From positions 1 through 64,000 of IMG/VR virus record IMGVR_UViG_3300045049_000234: a stretch of DNA of 64,000 nt, one strand, 5' to 3'. Under the pieces are notes generated by a model that saw only the letters and a program-made list of their open reading frames with translations, had not been told where the DNA came from and did no database searches. Each line of letters starts with the position of its first letter. Positions within the stretch are counted from its first letter, which is position 1. Position numbers and translations under genes: made by a program. This stretch comes from a virus. Shown here in pieces: positions 47,074 through 55,023 of the stretch.

Positions 47074-48772
47074 CCTGCTCCCACGGCCAGCGGTCGCCGC
47101 GACCAGCCGCCGCCCACGCGAACATCTTGAACACCGCGTCCGAGAAACCGCCGACCTCGAACCGGTTCGGCTGCTTGGTGTCGATCGACGCCTTGGAGTA
47201 GCCCGTGGTGTCGATCCCGAACAGCGGCACCGACGCCGGGACCGCGTCGGACACCGACGTGGCGCGCGGCGCGACCAGCCCGGACCGGCGCACGCCGTAC
47301 CCGCCGCTGTAGTACCCGCCGTACGCGAACGCCTGGCCGTCGGTGACCACGATTACCCGGTCGTGGCCCTTGAACGTGGCCTCGATGGCGCCGATGGTCT
47401 GCGTGCCGTGGCCCACCTCGCCGATGCGCTTGGTGAACCGGTCGATCTCGCGCAGCATGCTGCCGCCCAGCGCGATGTCGTGCTGGAACACGCCGTCCGC
47501 GTAGCCGTACAGGCTCACTTTGCCGCCGGTGCGGTACGCCAGCGCCACGCCGATCAGCGCGCCGATGTCCACGTGCCGGATCTGCGACTTGCCAGACACC
47601 GGGGACTGCATGGAGCTGGAGGTGTCCACCAGCACCAGCGTGCGCCCGTCCAGGAGCGGGATGTTCGCCGTGGCCGCTGCCAGCGCCTGCTCCAGCGCGT
47701 GACCCCACCGCAGCGACGGTGCGGCCTTGTACGCCGACAGGAACCGGTACGGGAACTGCCGAGAGCGCGCCACTTCCGCCGGGTCGGCGATCTTCGCCGC
47801 CACCTGCGCCGCGACCTTGTCAGAGACCTTCGCCTCGTCGAAGTTGCGCAGGTTGCGGATCAGCGCCATGTAGCCCATCGACGGGATGATCGCCTCCCAC
47901 GCGGCGCGGTCCATCGGACCCTGAAGCCAACCGGCCAGGATCTCCCACGTGATGCCCGCGTCGTTCAGACGCTGCGCCCCGCCGTCGGCCAGCAGGACCG
48001 CACGGCGCTCCGCCACCGGCAGCGCCATCAGATCGCGGTTCGCGCGCAGGATGCGCAGCGACTCGGGAACGTCCAGCTCCGGCTCGTGCGGCTTGGACAC
48101 CACGTAGTCGAACAGGTCGTGCTGCCACGGCGCCTTGATGGTCTGCGCGGAGTCGTCGCGGTCGCCCGAGTGCGTCAGGTCCAGCACGCGGCGCCACGAG
48201 AAGCCGGGGTGCGCCACGTCGCCGTACTTGATGAAATTGCGCTCGTTGCCCATGCGGATCATGGCGTCGGCGATACCGCGCTTGAGCGGCTTGGGCAACG
48301 CCATCCCGTAGCGCGACGTCCAGTACGCCAAAAGCTCGCCGGGCTCGTCCGGGCGCTGGAGCGCGTCGCGCACGACGCTGCGCGCGGAGATGGTCGGCAG
48401 CGGGTACTGCGTGCCGGTGCGGCCGGTGCCCATCTCGTCGCGGCGCGCGTGGACGTACTCCGCCGCCGCGACGACCGACGCCGAGCGCATCAGGCCCTCG
48501 CTGCGAAGCCACTTGATGAACCGCGCGGTCCAGTCGGGGTGCTGGACGGCGCACTGACGCACCAGGTTGCGGAACCGGACGTCGCGGTCGCCCGCCTTCT
48601 CGTAGAACGTGTCCTCGCCGACCATGTTCGTCACGGCCAGCAGGAACAGATCGGACTGCGGGGTGCGGGTCCACGCGGCGCCGCCCTCGTGGGTGGTGGT
48701 GCGCTCGTCGGTGGTCCGGATGACGCCCGGCGCAGTGGTCTGCTTGCCGAGCTGCTTGGTGAACTTCGCCAC
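47054..48772 (-). CDS. rsr: Ro60/Rsr TROVE-domain RNA-binding protein with C-terminal vWA
   Basis: THEGGAAW, LFLLAV.NMVGEDTFYE, RPDEPGELLAYW, YMALIRNLRNF, SRQFPYRFLSAY, vWA DTSSSM and VTDGQ. Confidence 0.93.
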   Translation of the reverse strand: MAKFTKQLGKQTTAPGVIRTTDERTTTHEGGAAWTRTPQSDLFLLAVTNMVGEDTFYEKAGDRDVRFRNLVRQCAVQHPDWTARFIKWLRSEGLMRSASVVAAAEYVHARRDEMGTGRTGTQYPLPTISARSVVRDALQRPDEPGELLAYWTSRYGMALPKPLKRGIADAMIRMGNERNFIKYGDVAHPGFSWRRVLDLTHSGDRDDSAQTIKAPWQHDLFDYVVSKPHEPELDVPESLRILRANRDLMALPVAERRAVLLADGGAQRLNDAGITWEILAGWLQGPMDRAAWEAIIPSMGYMALIRNLRNFDEAKVSDKVAAQVAAKIADPAEVARSRQFPYRFLSAYKAAPSLRWGHALEQALAAATANIPLLDGRTLVLVDTSSSMQSPVSGKSQIRHVDIGALIGVALAYRTGGKVSLYGYADGVFQHDIALGGSMLREIDRFTKRIGEVGHGTQTIGAIEATFKGHDRVIVVTDGQAFAYGGYYSGGYGVRRSGLVAPRATSVSDAVPASVPLFGIDTTGYSKASIDTKQPNRFEVGGFSDAVFKMFAWAAAGRGDRWPWEQDDSPAA

Positions 48773-48821
48773 GGTCGGGTTCCTCTCTACGTGCGTGTGC
48801 TGTGCGGGAGGAACCGGCAGG

Positions 48822-48961
48822 GGTGACCCGAGATTGAAGCGACGGCGGCTGTTTTGACTGATGCTCTACCAAGTGAGCTACCGAGGGTAAAGCCCCCCGG
48901 ATTGGGATCGAACCAATAACCTTCAGTTCCGAAGTATCCGCCATCAGGGCACCGGGTCACC
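48822..48961 (-). ncRNA. Y RNA-like unit 1 (YrlA type: T arm, closed acceptor stem, D arm)
   Basis: terminal stem GGUGACCCG/CGGGUCACC; AUUGG-UUCGAUC-CCAAU; CCGGGGG/CCCUCGG; GCUC/GAGC D arm. Confidence 0.85.
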
Positions 48962-48971
48962 GGTGCTGGAC

Positions 48972-49098
48972 CTCCCGAGGTTGGGGTGTGCGGGACTAAG
49001 TTGCCTTAGACCATCTCGGCCACACGCGGCGGACCGCGTGACAGGATTCGAACCTGCGTTCGTTTGCACGAAGTAAGTTCCGCACGGGGCACCGGGAG
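48972..49098 (-). ncRNA. Y RNA-like unit 2 (Cys-like tRNA domain)
   Basis: shared scaffold; UUCG-UGCAAA-CGAA hairpin, GCAGG-UUCGAAU-CCUGU, CACGCGG/CCGCGUG, GCC/GGC D arm. Confidence 0.85.
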
Positions 49099-49133
49099 AT
49101 GCCTTTACTGTCAGTGTTCAGTTGTCAATGGGG

Positions 49134-49279
49134 TCGCGCCCGAGGTTGAGTCGGTGATCGTTGTTCTCTGTTGTGCTGCCGTTACACCACACGCCCCAGG
49201 TGGGGGGCGCGCCGGATTCGAACCGGACCTCCGGTTCCCTAGACCGGTGAAGTAACGATCTCCTTGGCACCGGGCGCGA
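49134..49279 (-). ncRNA. Y RNA-like unit 3 (Pro-AGG anticodon arm)
   Basis: CCGGU-CUAGGGA-ACCGG, T arm, closed acceptor GCGCCCC/GGGGCGU, D arm. Confidence 0.85.
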
Positions 49280-49288
49280 TGTCTGTGG

Positions 49289-49435
49289 GCCGTGTCCGAG
49301 ATTGAGGTCGGACGATCGTGACGTTAGGTGCTCTGGGCCACTGAGCCACAGGGGACACAGTCCCCCGCCGGGATTCGAACCCGGGTCACCCGCTTAAGAG
49401 GCGAAGTAACGATCATCCTGGGCACCGGACACGGC
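49289..49435 (-). ncRNA. Y RNA-like unit 4 (Lys-CUU anticodon arm)
   Basis: UUCGC-CUCUUAA-GCGGG, CCGGG-UUCGAAU-CCCGG, CGGGGGA/UCCCCUG, GCUC/GAGC. Confidence 0.85.
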
Positions 49436-49445
49436 ATCCGTTTAG

Positions 49446-49592
49446 TCCACCCCGAGGTTGAATCAGAGACCGGTATTCTTAAAGAAGGACTCGAACCTTC
49501 ACCTCCGGCTTTTCAAAGCCAGCGTGCTGCCAATTACACCACTCGGCCATGAGTGGCCGAGGAAGTATCGGTATCAATGGCACCGGGATGGA
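49446..49592 (-). ncRNA. Y RNA-like unit 5 (acceptor-D-anticodon-T order, 8-nt UGA loop)
   Basis: CUCGGCC/GGCCGAG, GUG/CAC D arm, CUGGC-UUUGAAAA-GCCGG, GAAGG-UUCGAGU-CCUUC. Confidence 0.85.
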
Positions 49593-49600
49593 TGCCTGGC

Positions 49601-49712
49601 CCCTCCCGAGATTGAGGTGGCCGACGGAGAACGGGACTTGAACCCGCAGCGTTTCCTTGGAAGGGAAATTTCGAACCATTCGAAGTAACCGTAGACCTGG
49701 GCACCGGGAGGG
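49601..49712 (-). ncRNA. Y RNA-like unit 6 (D-anticodon-T in native order, Gly-UCC)
   Basis: UUCG-AAUGGUU-CGAA, UUUCC-CUUCCAA-GGAAA, GCGGG-UUCAAGU-CCCGU. Confidence 0.85.
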
Positions 49713-49721
49713 AATTCTATG

Positions 49722-49800
49722 GTGTCCCCGAGATTGAAAGCGGCGGCCGGTGTGTTTCCATTTGGAGTGAAGTAACCGATTGCCTGGGCACCGGGGACAC
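49722..49800 (-). ncRNA. Y RNA-like unit 7 (minimal, Trp-CCA loop only)
   Basis: GUGUCCCCG/CGGGGACAC stem; UUCA-CUCCAAA-UGGA. Confidence 0.8.
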
Positions 49801-49806
49801 GTACGC

Positions 49807-49929
49807 GGCATTCCCGAGGTTCACGGTGGATCGACGACGGGGGTTCTCCGTCCCCACGCTCCGCGTGAGGGTTCCCCCTATGGTGCACTGGTGGAGGAAG
49901 TATCGCCGGTCCGAGGCACCGGGAATGCC
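49807..49929 (-). ncRNA. Y RNA-like unit 8 (non-tRNA three-hairpin cargo)
   Basis: GGCAUUCCCG/CGGGAAUGCC stem with shared CCGGUGCC, UACUUC and AACCUCGG motifs; no T or D motif. Confidence 0.75.
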
Positions 49930-49953
49930 CACTGTTCAGTTATCAAGAAGCGC

Positions 49954-50033
49954 GTCCCCGAGATTAAGGGCGACGTCCGGAACGGGATTCAAATTTACAG
50001 TTTGAAGTAGCCGGTCGTCTGGGCACCGGGGAC
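49954..50033 (-). ncRNA. Y RNA-like unit 9 (minimal, Tyr-GUA loop only)
   Basis: GUCCCCG/CGGGGAC stem; UUCAAA-CUGUAAA-UUUGAA. Confidence 0.8.
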
Positions 50034-50081
50034 AAAGTCGGTGCGTTTCGGCGGGGGTTGGGTTCCCGTTTCAACACGCAT

Positions 50082-50112
50082 AGCGTAGCACATGCGTTAG
50101 ACGGTCACGCAA
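50082..50112 (-). promoter_or_regulatory. candidate promoter of the Y RNA-rsr operon
   Basis: extended -10 TGcTACGCT; -35 ambiguous (TTGCGT/GTGACC). Confidence 0.45.
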
Positions 50113-50118
50113 CACCAT

Positions 50119-50637
50119 TTAGCCGCGCGCCGCGATGTCGGCGAACATGCGCACGCTGTCCACGATGTCGTCCGTCAGCCCCGTCGCCGGGTCCGCCGTG
50201 ATCAGCAGCGTGGGCGCGGTGTGCGCCGTGCGCCGGTTGCCGCGCGTGAGCATGCCCATGGTGAACCCGTCGTCGATCCACGCGAACGGCCGGATGCCCG
50301 CGTACTGCAACACGTGATCCCACTTCCATTCGGCGGTCACGTCGTACTCGGAGAACCGGCGATTCATCGGCGCCACCGGCATCGGGTCCAGCCCGATCAG
50401 CGGCGCCAGGTGGGTGTTCGCGCGGTCGTTCCACGTGGTCGCCCACACGTGTTCCACGATGTCGTCCAGCGACCGCACGCGCTTGACGTCGCCGGGGTCC
50501 AGCACGAGCGGCACCGGGCGCGGCATGCCGGGCAGGTCGATCGTGTGGCGCAGCCACTCGCCGCCGGTCACGTTCTGGAGCGGGTAGCGGTTGAACACCC
50601 CGTCCACATCCCAGAACAGCAGCGGCTTGCCGGTCAC
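50119..50637 (-). CDS. HAD-family phosphatase, RNA-repair (Swiss Army knife) type
   Basis: PLLFWDVDGVFN, WATTW, WKW, PFAWIDD, DPATGLT. Confidence 0.85.
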   Translation of the reverse strand: MTGKPLLFWDVDGVFNRYPLQNVTGGEWLRHTIDLPGMPRPVPLVLDPGDVKRVRSLDDIVEHVWATTWNDRANTHLAPLIGLDPMPVAPMNRRFSEYDVTAEWKWDHVLQYAGIRPFAWIDDGFTMGMLTRGNRRTAHTAPTLLITADPATGLTDDIVDSVRMFADIAARG

Positions 50638-51683
50638 CGCGCCTCGGCCGGGATGATCAGCAGCTTGTCGCCGTCGTACATCTTGCGGTTCACAGACGTG
50701 GACTGCACGAAGATCGTGTACTCCGGGTTGATGTCCGGGCTCACCCGCGTGTCGATGTCCGGCAGCCCCAGGATGTCCCGCGCGCCGTCGCCGACGTACA
50801 CGACGCCGGTCTTCTTCTCGTGGACGGCGATGCGCTTGGTGCGCTGGATCGTGACACGGCGCTTGAGTTCGTAGAAGGCCGCGCCGATCCGGTAGTCCAT
50901 GCGCAACTGATCCACAACCCAGTCACGGATCTCCGCGTCCTCGGTCACCGTGGTCAGCGTGTAGGCGCTGCCAGGCAGCGGGGTGAGCGTGGAACGTACG
51001 GTGTCCCGGTTGACGGCGTCGATGCCGGTGGAGAAGATCGCCCGGCTGCCGCGCACGCCCTGCGCCCGGTTCGCCATGAACCGGTCGGTGGCGGCGCGGA
51101 TCGTGTTGCCGACCTCCCGCACACCGTGCGCGGACGTGGTGTCCCACACGGCGATGTTGTCGGCGGCGAACCCGAACCGCTTGGCCTCGAACACGCCCAT
51201 CTGGTTCGGCACCATCACGGCCACCGTCCAGTTGTCCGGCAGTGCGCGCAGCCGCGCGGACAGGTGCGCGGAGGTGTGGATGCGGCTGCGGTTCTCCTCG
51301 CCGTCGGTGATCACGTAGACCAGGAACGCATGGTCGCCGTAGATCTCCGGCGTCTTGGCCAGATCATCCAGCGCCGTCATGGTCGCGTCGATCAGCGCCG
51401 TGTTGCGCTCGGCGCGGTAGTGCTCCGCGATCGAAGGCAGGCGCAGCACGTCCCGATCGTAGAACACGCATTCGGCGGCCTGTTTGACGCCGGGCACGGC
51501 CTCGTTGAACACGTAGACCGTCGCCCGCGTCTCCTGGTCCATCACAGTGGACCGTTCGGCCAGGTGGGACACCATGCCATCCGTGACGGCCACCACGTCG
51601 CGGGCGAACCGGGACATGGACAGCGAGCCGTCCAGCACGATGGCGATGTGGTTGATGTAGCCCTGTGTGGGGTGTTTGTTCAT
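50634..51683 (-). CDS. vWA-domain protein
   Basis: IVLDGSLSM MIDAS, TALIDA, VITDGEEN.S. Confidence 0.88.
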   Translation of the reverse strand: MNKHPTQGYINHIAIVLDGSLSMSRFARDVVAVTDGMVSHLAERSTVMDQETRATVYVFNEAVPGVKQAAECVFYDRDVLRLPSIAEHYRAERNTALIDATMTALDDLAKTPEIYGDHAFLVYVITDGEENRSRIHTSAHLSARLRALPDNWTVAVMVPNQMGVFEAKRFGFAADNIAVWDTTSAHGVREVGNTIRAATDRFMANRAQGVRGSRAIFSTGIDAVNRDTVRSTLTPLPGSAYTLTTVTEDAEIRDWVVDQLRMDYRIGAAFYELKRRVTIQRTKRIAVHEKKTGVVYVGDGARDILGLPDIDTRVSPDINPEYTIFVQSTSVNRKMYDGDKLLIIPAEAR

Positions 51684-51693
51684 GGGTTCCTTT

Positions 51694-52050
51694 TCAGCTC
51701 AGATCGACCACGGTAGGCAGGGGATCGGGACCGGTGTACCGCTGGCACGGGCACCGCACGTCGGGGAGCGGCACGATTTCGACCTGGTACTGCACATAGC
51801 CGTAGGAGTCTTTGACCACCCTGCCGTCGTCATTGCGGATGGCGGTCTTCTGCTTCTCATGCCGGGATGCCACGTGCTGACACACGCCGCTGTCGGCGGC
51901 GTGGAACGCGTACAGGTGACCACACTGGCACACGGGTCCGACAGGGGCGGCCGGTGGCGGCACGGACGCCCTGCGGGGGCGGCGCAACAGCCATCCGGCG
52001 ATCACGCCGCCCGCCGCGTACGACAGGTCGATGCCGTGGATGATGATCAC
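51694..52050 (-). CDS. membrane-anchored Cys/His protein
   Basis: N-terminal TM; CQCGH..FH...C...CPCQRY. Confidence 0.65.
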   Translation of the reverse strand: MIIIHGIDLSYAAGGVIAGWLLRRPRRASVPPPAAPVGPVCQCGHLYAFHAADSGVCQHVASRHEKQKTAIRNDDGRVVKDSYGYVQYQVEIVPLPDVRCPCQRYTGPDPLPTVVDLS

Positions 52051-52913
52051 GGGATATCCGCCTCATGGCCGCGCATCGCGCGCCACCGATCCCGCGATCC
52101 CGCGATACCCATGACGTCGCCACGGAGCATGTGCAGGAACTCGTATTCGGCTTCCGTGAGTGCGTCCAGGTCCCACCCGTCGTCCTTCGCTTCCTCGGAC
52201 GTCTGCGGGTGCGGCGGCCTGCCGATCTTCGGAACGTGCTGCCACATGTCGGACCATCCGCTATCGACGTCGCGTGACCCTTCGCGTGCGACGTCGATAG
52301 CCTTCAGCGCGCCGTTGCGATCCCACAACGCCCACGCGTACGGGATGCGCGGCATGGGCTTCACTACGCCATCCCGCATGGCCCGCCACGTGTCGCGGTT
52401 GACGACGTGGCTTGGCCTGATGGACAGCGCGGGCAGTGACGCCTTGTGCAGGTGGTAGCGCAGGAACTCCGCCTCGTGTGCGTTGACGGACTCCATCAGC
52501 CCCTTGTGGACCGCGTGATCGCAGTCCGGAACGCGAAGCTCGATGCGGTGTTCGGGTGCCAGCGCGTTCCACGCGTCATCAACCTTGCGGCCGTGCGCCA
52601 CCGCAAGCAGCGTCCCATCGGGGCGCCACACCGCCCACGCGGTCGTCTGGAATCCCTGGAACTTGAACTCGGGACTCTTCGTGTGGCGGTCTTCCCACTC
52701 GAACGCGACGATGACGTCCTCGCCGTCGCCGCCGATCGTGATCATGTTGTCGGGGGCGTCCTTGCCGTCCCGGATGCGTCCGAGCGCGACCAATTCCTGA
52801 TGTGCGGCGCGGACCGCCTTCATCACCTCGGCCCACGGGGCACCGTCCCCGCGATCGGGGACGGTGTATTCCGCGCGATGGGTGGTGACCTCCCGACGGG
52901 AGTAGGTGGCCAC
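52047..52913 (-). CDS. hypothetical protein
   Basis: GTG start coupled to the upstream TAG. Confidence 0.65.
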   Translation of the reverse strand: MATYSRREVTTHRAEYTVPDRGDGAPWAEVMKAVRAAHQELVALGRIRDGKDAPDNMITIGGDGEDVIVAFEWEDRHTKSPEFKFQGFQTTAWAVWRPDGTLLAVAHGRKVDDAWNALAPEHRIELRVPDCDHAVHKGLMESVNAHEAEFLRYHLHKASLPALSIRPSHVVNRDTWRAMRDGVVKPMPRIPYAWALWDRNGALKAIDVAREGSRDVDSGWSDMWQHVPKIGRPPHPQTSEEAKDDGWDLDALTEAEYEFLHMLRGDVMGIAGSRDRWRAMRGHEADIP

Positions 52914-53125
52914 TAATCGACCACCTTGAAACCGGCGGCGACCAGGAACGTCAGGTGTGCGCCCAGCGCCTCCTCGAAGTCGCCTTCGGGCGTCTGCTCG
53001 CGGTACAGCGACACCTGGCCGTCGATGACCTTCTTCGTGACGATCGTGCCGTTCTGCGCGACGACGATCATGGCCTGCGGGTCGCCGGGACCGACGGCCG
53101 TGGGGTTCTCCAATTCGATGATCAC
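52913..53125 (-). CDS. small hypothetical protein
   Basis: GGAGGAACCC-GTG; promoter 53166-53194. Confidence 0.7.
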   Translation of the reverse strand: MIIELENPTAVGPGDPQAMIVVAQNGTIVTKKVIDGQVSLYREQTPEGDFEEALGAHLTFLVAAGFKVVD

Positions 53126-53165
53126 GGGTTCCTCCCTCCGCGCGGGTCCTCACCCGCGCGTCCCT

Positions 53166-53194
53166 AAACTACACCCGTGCGTTAGCGCCGTCAA
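53166..53194 (-). promoter_or_regulatory. sigma70-type promoter, TTGAC-nnn-GCTA family
   Basis: TTGACG-gcgcta...-17 nt-TAGTTT. Confidence 0.75.
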
Positions 53195-53540
53195 TAGGGT
53201 AGATCTCCACGGACAGCCGCAACGGCTTCGCCGGAGAACCGATCACCATAGACACCTCGACCAGGTGTGACGCGTCGTCGTCAACGAGGACACCCGCCAT
53301 CACGATCCCGTCGATATACGCCTTGAGCGTGGGGTAGAGGTTGTGAGGGTCGCGCCGCCGCCGGTCCGGCGGATGCACCACGCCCACGACCCGTATACGG
53401 TCCATACGCGGCACACGGGCGGCACGCGCGACCCGGAATGCATCCGCCTTCAGATCGCGCGTCCTACGCGCCCGTACGGCCCAATGCAGCCGCTCGTTCG
53501 CGTTGATCAGATCTCCCGGCGGAATGTCCAACACCCACAT
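53169..53540 (-). CDS. rusA: RusA-like Holliday junction resolvase
   Basis: PDRRRRDPHNLYPTLKAYIDGIVMAGVLVDD. Confidence 0.85.
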   Translation of the reverse strand: MWVLDIPPGDLINANERLHWAVRARRTRDLKADAFRVARAARVPRMDRIRVVGVVHPPDRRRRDPHNLYPTLKAYIDGIVMAGVLVDDDASHLVEVSMVIGSPAKPLRLSVEIYPIDGANARV

Positions 53541-53551
53541 GCAACGACGCT

Positions 53552-53580
53552 AACGCCCCCGGCACTCGTCCGGGGGCGTT
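53552..53580 (-). terminator. probable terminator hairpin
   Basis: aacgcccccgg/ccgggggcgtt inverted repeat after 53594-54013. Confidence 0.6.
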
Positions 53581-53593
53581 GCGCGGTGCGGGA

Positions 53594-54013
53594 CTACCGG
53601 GCCGGAACCGTCTCGATCACGGTGTACGAGCCGTCCGGCAGCGCGGTGCCGATGTCGCCGCGCACGGAGTACGCCAACATGTGCTCCTCCATGTACTTGT
53701 CCGCCGGAACCATGATCGCGATGGCCGTCTCGCCCTTGGTGAACCGGATGCCGCCCTTGGTGCGGATCTGGCGGCGCACGCGGACCAGGTGGACCTCACC
53801 GGCGTGCGTGTCGGCGTACTGCGGGTACCCCATGACCACGGACCGGAAGTGGTCCACGAAGTCGGCGGCGGCGCGGGTGTTGCCCTGCTGGATGGCGGCG
53901 TAGTAGGGGAGCATCGGCGCGAACACGGCGCCCGCCTCGTTGGACAGGACGGCGGCGCGGTACGCGTCCTGCATGGCCACCTGCGCGGGGGTGAAAGTCA
54001 GCGGAGTGTTCAT
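53594..54013 (-). CDS. hypothetical protein
   Basis: GGAAGGAACCCCG-ATG; own promoter and terminator. Confidence 0.75.
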   Translation of the reverse strand: MNTPLTFTPAQVAMQDAYRAAVLSNEAGAVFAPMLPYYAAIQQGNTRAAADFVDHFRSVVMGYPQYADTHAGEVHLVRVRRQIRTKGGIRFTKGETAIAIMVPADKYMEEHMLAYSVRGDIGTALPDGSYTVIETVPAR

Positions 54014-54060
54014 CGGGGTTCCTTCCGTCCGGGGCGGTTCCTCGTCCGCCCAGCACCTTC

Positions 54061-54089
54061 AAAGTACCGCCATTGGTTAGCGTTGTCAA
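54061..54089 (-). promoter_or_regulatory. sigma70-type promoter, TTGAC-nnn-GCTA family
   Basis: TTGACA-acgcta...-17 nt-TACTTT. Confidence 0.8.
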
Positions 54090-54107
54090 GTCGAATGAAC
54101 TGGAAAG

Positions 54108-54143
54108 ACGCACGCCCCCGGCGGGGAACCCGGGGGCGTGCGT
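54108..54143 (-). terminator. probable intrinsic terminator
   Basis: acgcacgcccccgg/ccgggggcgtgcgt followed by CTTT on minus. Confidence 0.65.
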
Positions 54144-54156
54144 TGCGGTGCGGCGG

Positions 54157-54480
54157 TCAGGCGTTGGCGTACGGGCTGTCGTCGTAGACCATGTAGGCGG
54201 TCAGCCCCGCCTCGTACTGCGCCTTCTCGGCGGCATCCCTGTCCGGGAACGCGACCTTGTCCAGCGGGTGACGCTCGGTCCGGTAAGGCGACTCGCTGAT
54301 CACCTTGAACGCGCCGCTGACCGCGCCGGGCTCGGCGTCGTTGGTGCTGATGCTCACGTACCAGTCGCCGTTTCGGACCGTGGCGGGGCCGACGGGGTAC
54401 GCCGGGAAGTGGCCGAACGGCACGTCCTCGATGGTGTAGAGGGTGTAGGGCTTCCATCCGTCGGTGATGCGGGTGGCCAT
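54157..54480 (-). CDS. hypothetical protein
   Basis: MATRITDGWK..., GGAAGG RBS, own promoter and terminator. Confidence 0.75.
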   Translation of the reverse strand: MATRITDGWKPYTLYTIEDVPFGHFPAYPVGPATVRNGDWYVSISTNDAEPGAVSGAFKVISESPYRTERHPLDKVAFPDRDAAEKAQYEAGLTAYMVYDDSPYANA

Positions 54481-54531
54481 GGGGGTTCCTTCCGGTCGCG
54501 GTCCGGGTTCCTCTCCCGAACCGACATGTCC

Positions 54532-54561
54532 ATAATACGTCCGACGCGTTAGCGTAGTCAA
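54532..54561 (-). promoter_or_regulatory. sigma70-type promoter, TTGAC-nnn-GCTA family
   Basis: TTGACT-acgcta...-18 nt-TATTAT. Confidence 0.8.
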
Positions 54562-54583
54562 GGGAAATGTACTGCGGAAAGAC

Positions 54584-54614
54584 GAACGCCCCGGCGCATC
54601 GGCCGGGGCGGTTC
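54584..54614 (-). terminator. probable intrinsic terminator
   Basis: cgccccggc/gccggggcg hairpin followed by TTCGTCTTT on minus. Confidence 0.65.
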
Positions 54615-54626
54615 GACGGGGACGGA

Positions 54627-54995
54627 TCACCATCCCATAGCGCGCTCCTCGTCGGCGGTCGGGTAGTGGTCCGGACCCCAGCACAGATCCGCCGACAGGC
54701 CGTGGTCGCACGTGGGGAACAGCAGGTGGTACAGCGCGTCCCACTGGTCCGGGACCGGGGAGTCCTCCAGCACGGACCAGACGTACCCACCACCGAACAC
54801 GCCCTCGGCGGTCAGCGCCTCGTTCACTTCCGCGTGCCGCCGGACGAACGCGACCGCGTCGCACTCGCGGTAGAACGTGACGATGTAGCTGCGACGCTGG
54901 TCGCAGATGTGCATCTCCAGCTTGAACGGTTCGGCGACGGGTGCGCCGGTGGCAACGGTCGGGAAGATGATCACGGGGTCCTCCTGCGTCGGCAT
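54627..54995 (-). CDS. hypothetical protein
   Basis: CDHGLSADLCWGPDHY motif; promoter 55026-55055. Confidence 0.7.
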   Translation of the reverse strand: MPTQEDPVIIFPTVATGAPVAEPFKLEMHICDQRRSYIVTFYRECDAVAFVRRHAEVNEALTAEGVFGGGYVWSVLEDSPVPDQWDALYHLLFPTCDHGLSADLCWGPDHYPTADEERAMGW

Positions 54996-55023
54996 CGGGG
55001 TTCCTCTCCCCGGTGCGCTACGC

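Noticed and set aside
46991-48826. 611-aa plus-strand ORF
   Set aside because: It is the antisense shadow of the TROVE gene. The same applies to 61049-62662 opposite the ParB-like gene.
48860-49690. Ordinary tRNA genes suggested by GGTTCGAATCC motifs
   Set aside because: The arms are permuted or the acceptor stem is closed or replaced, so no chargeable 3' end exists.
48822-50033. CRISPR array interpretation of the nine repeated units
   Set aside because: The repeats are not identical direct repeats. Each unit is closed by its own complementary stem, the cargos are tRNA-derived and variable in length, and the adjacent gene is TROVE, not cas.
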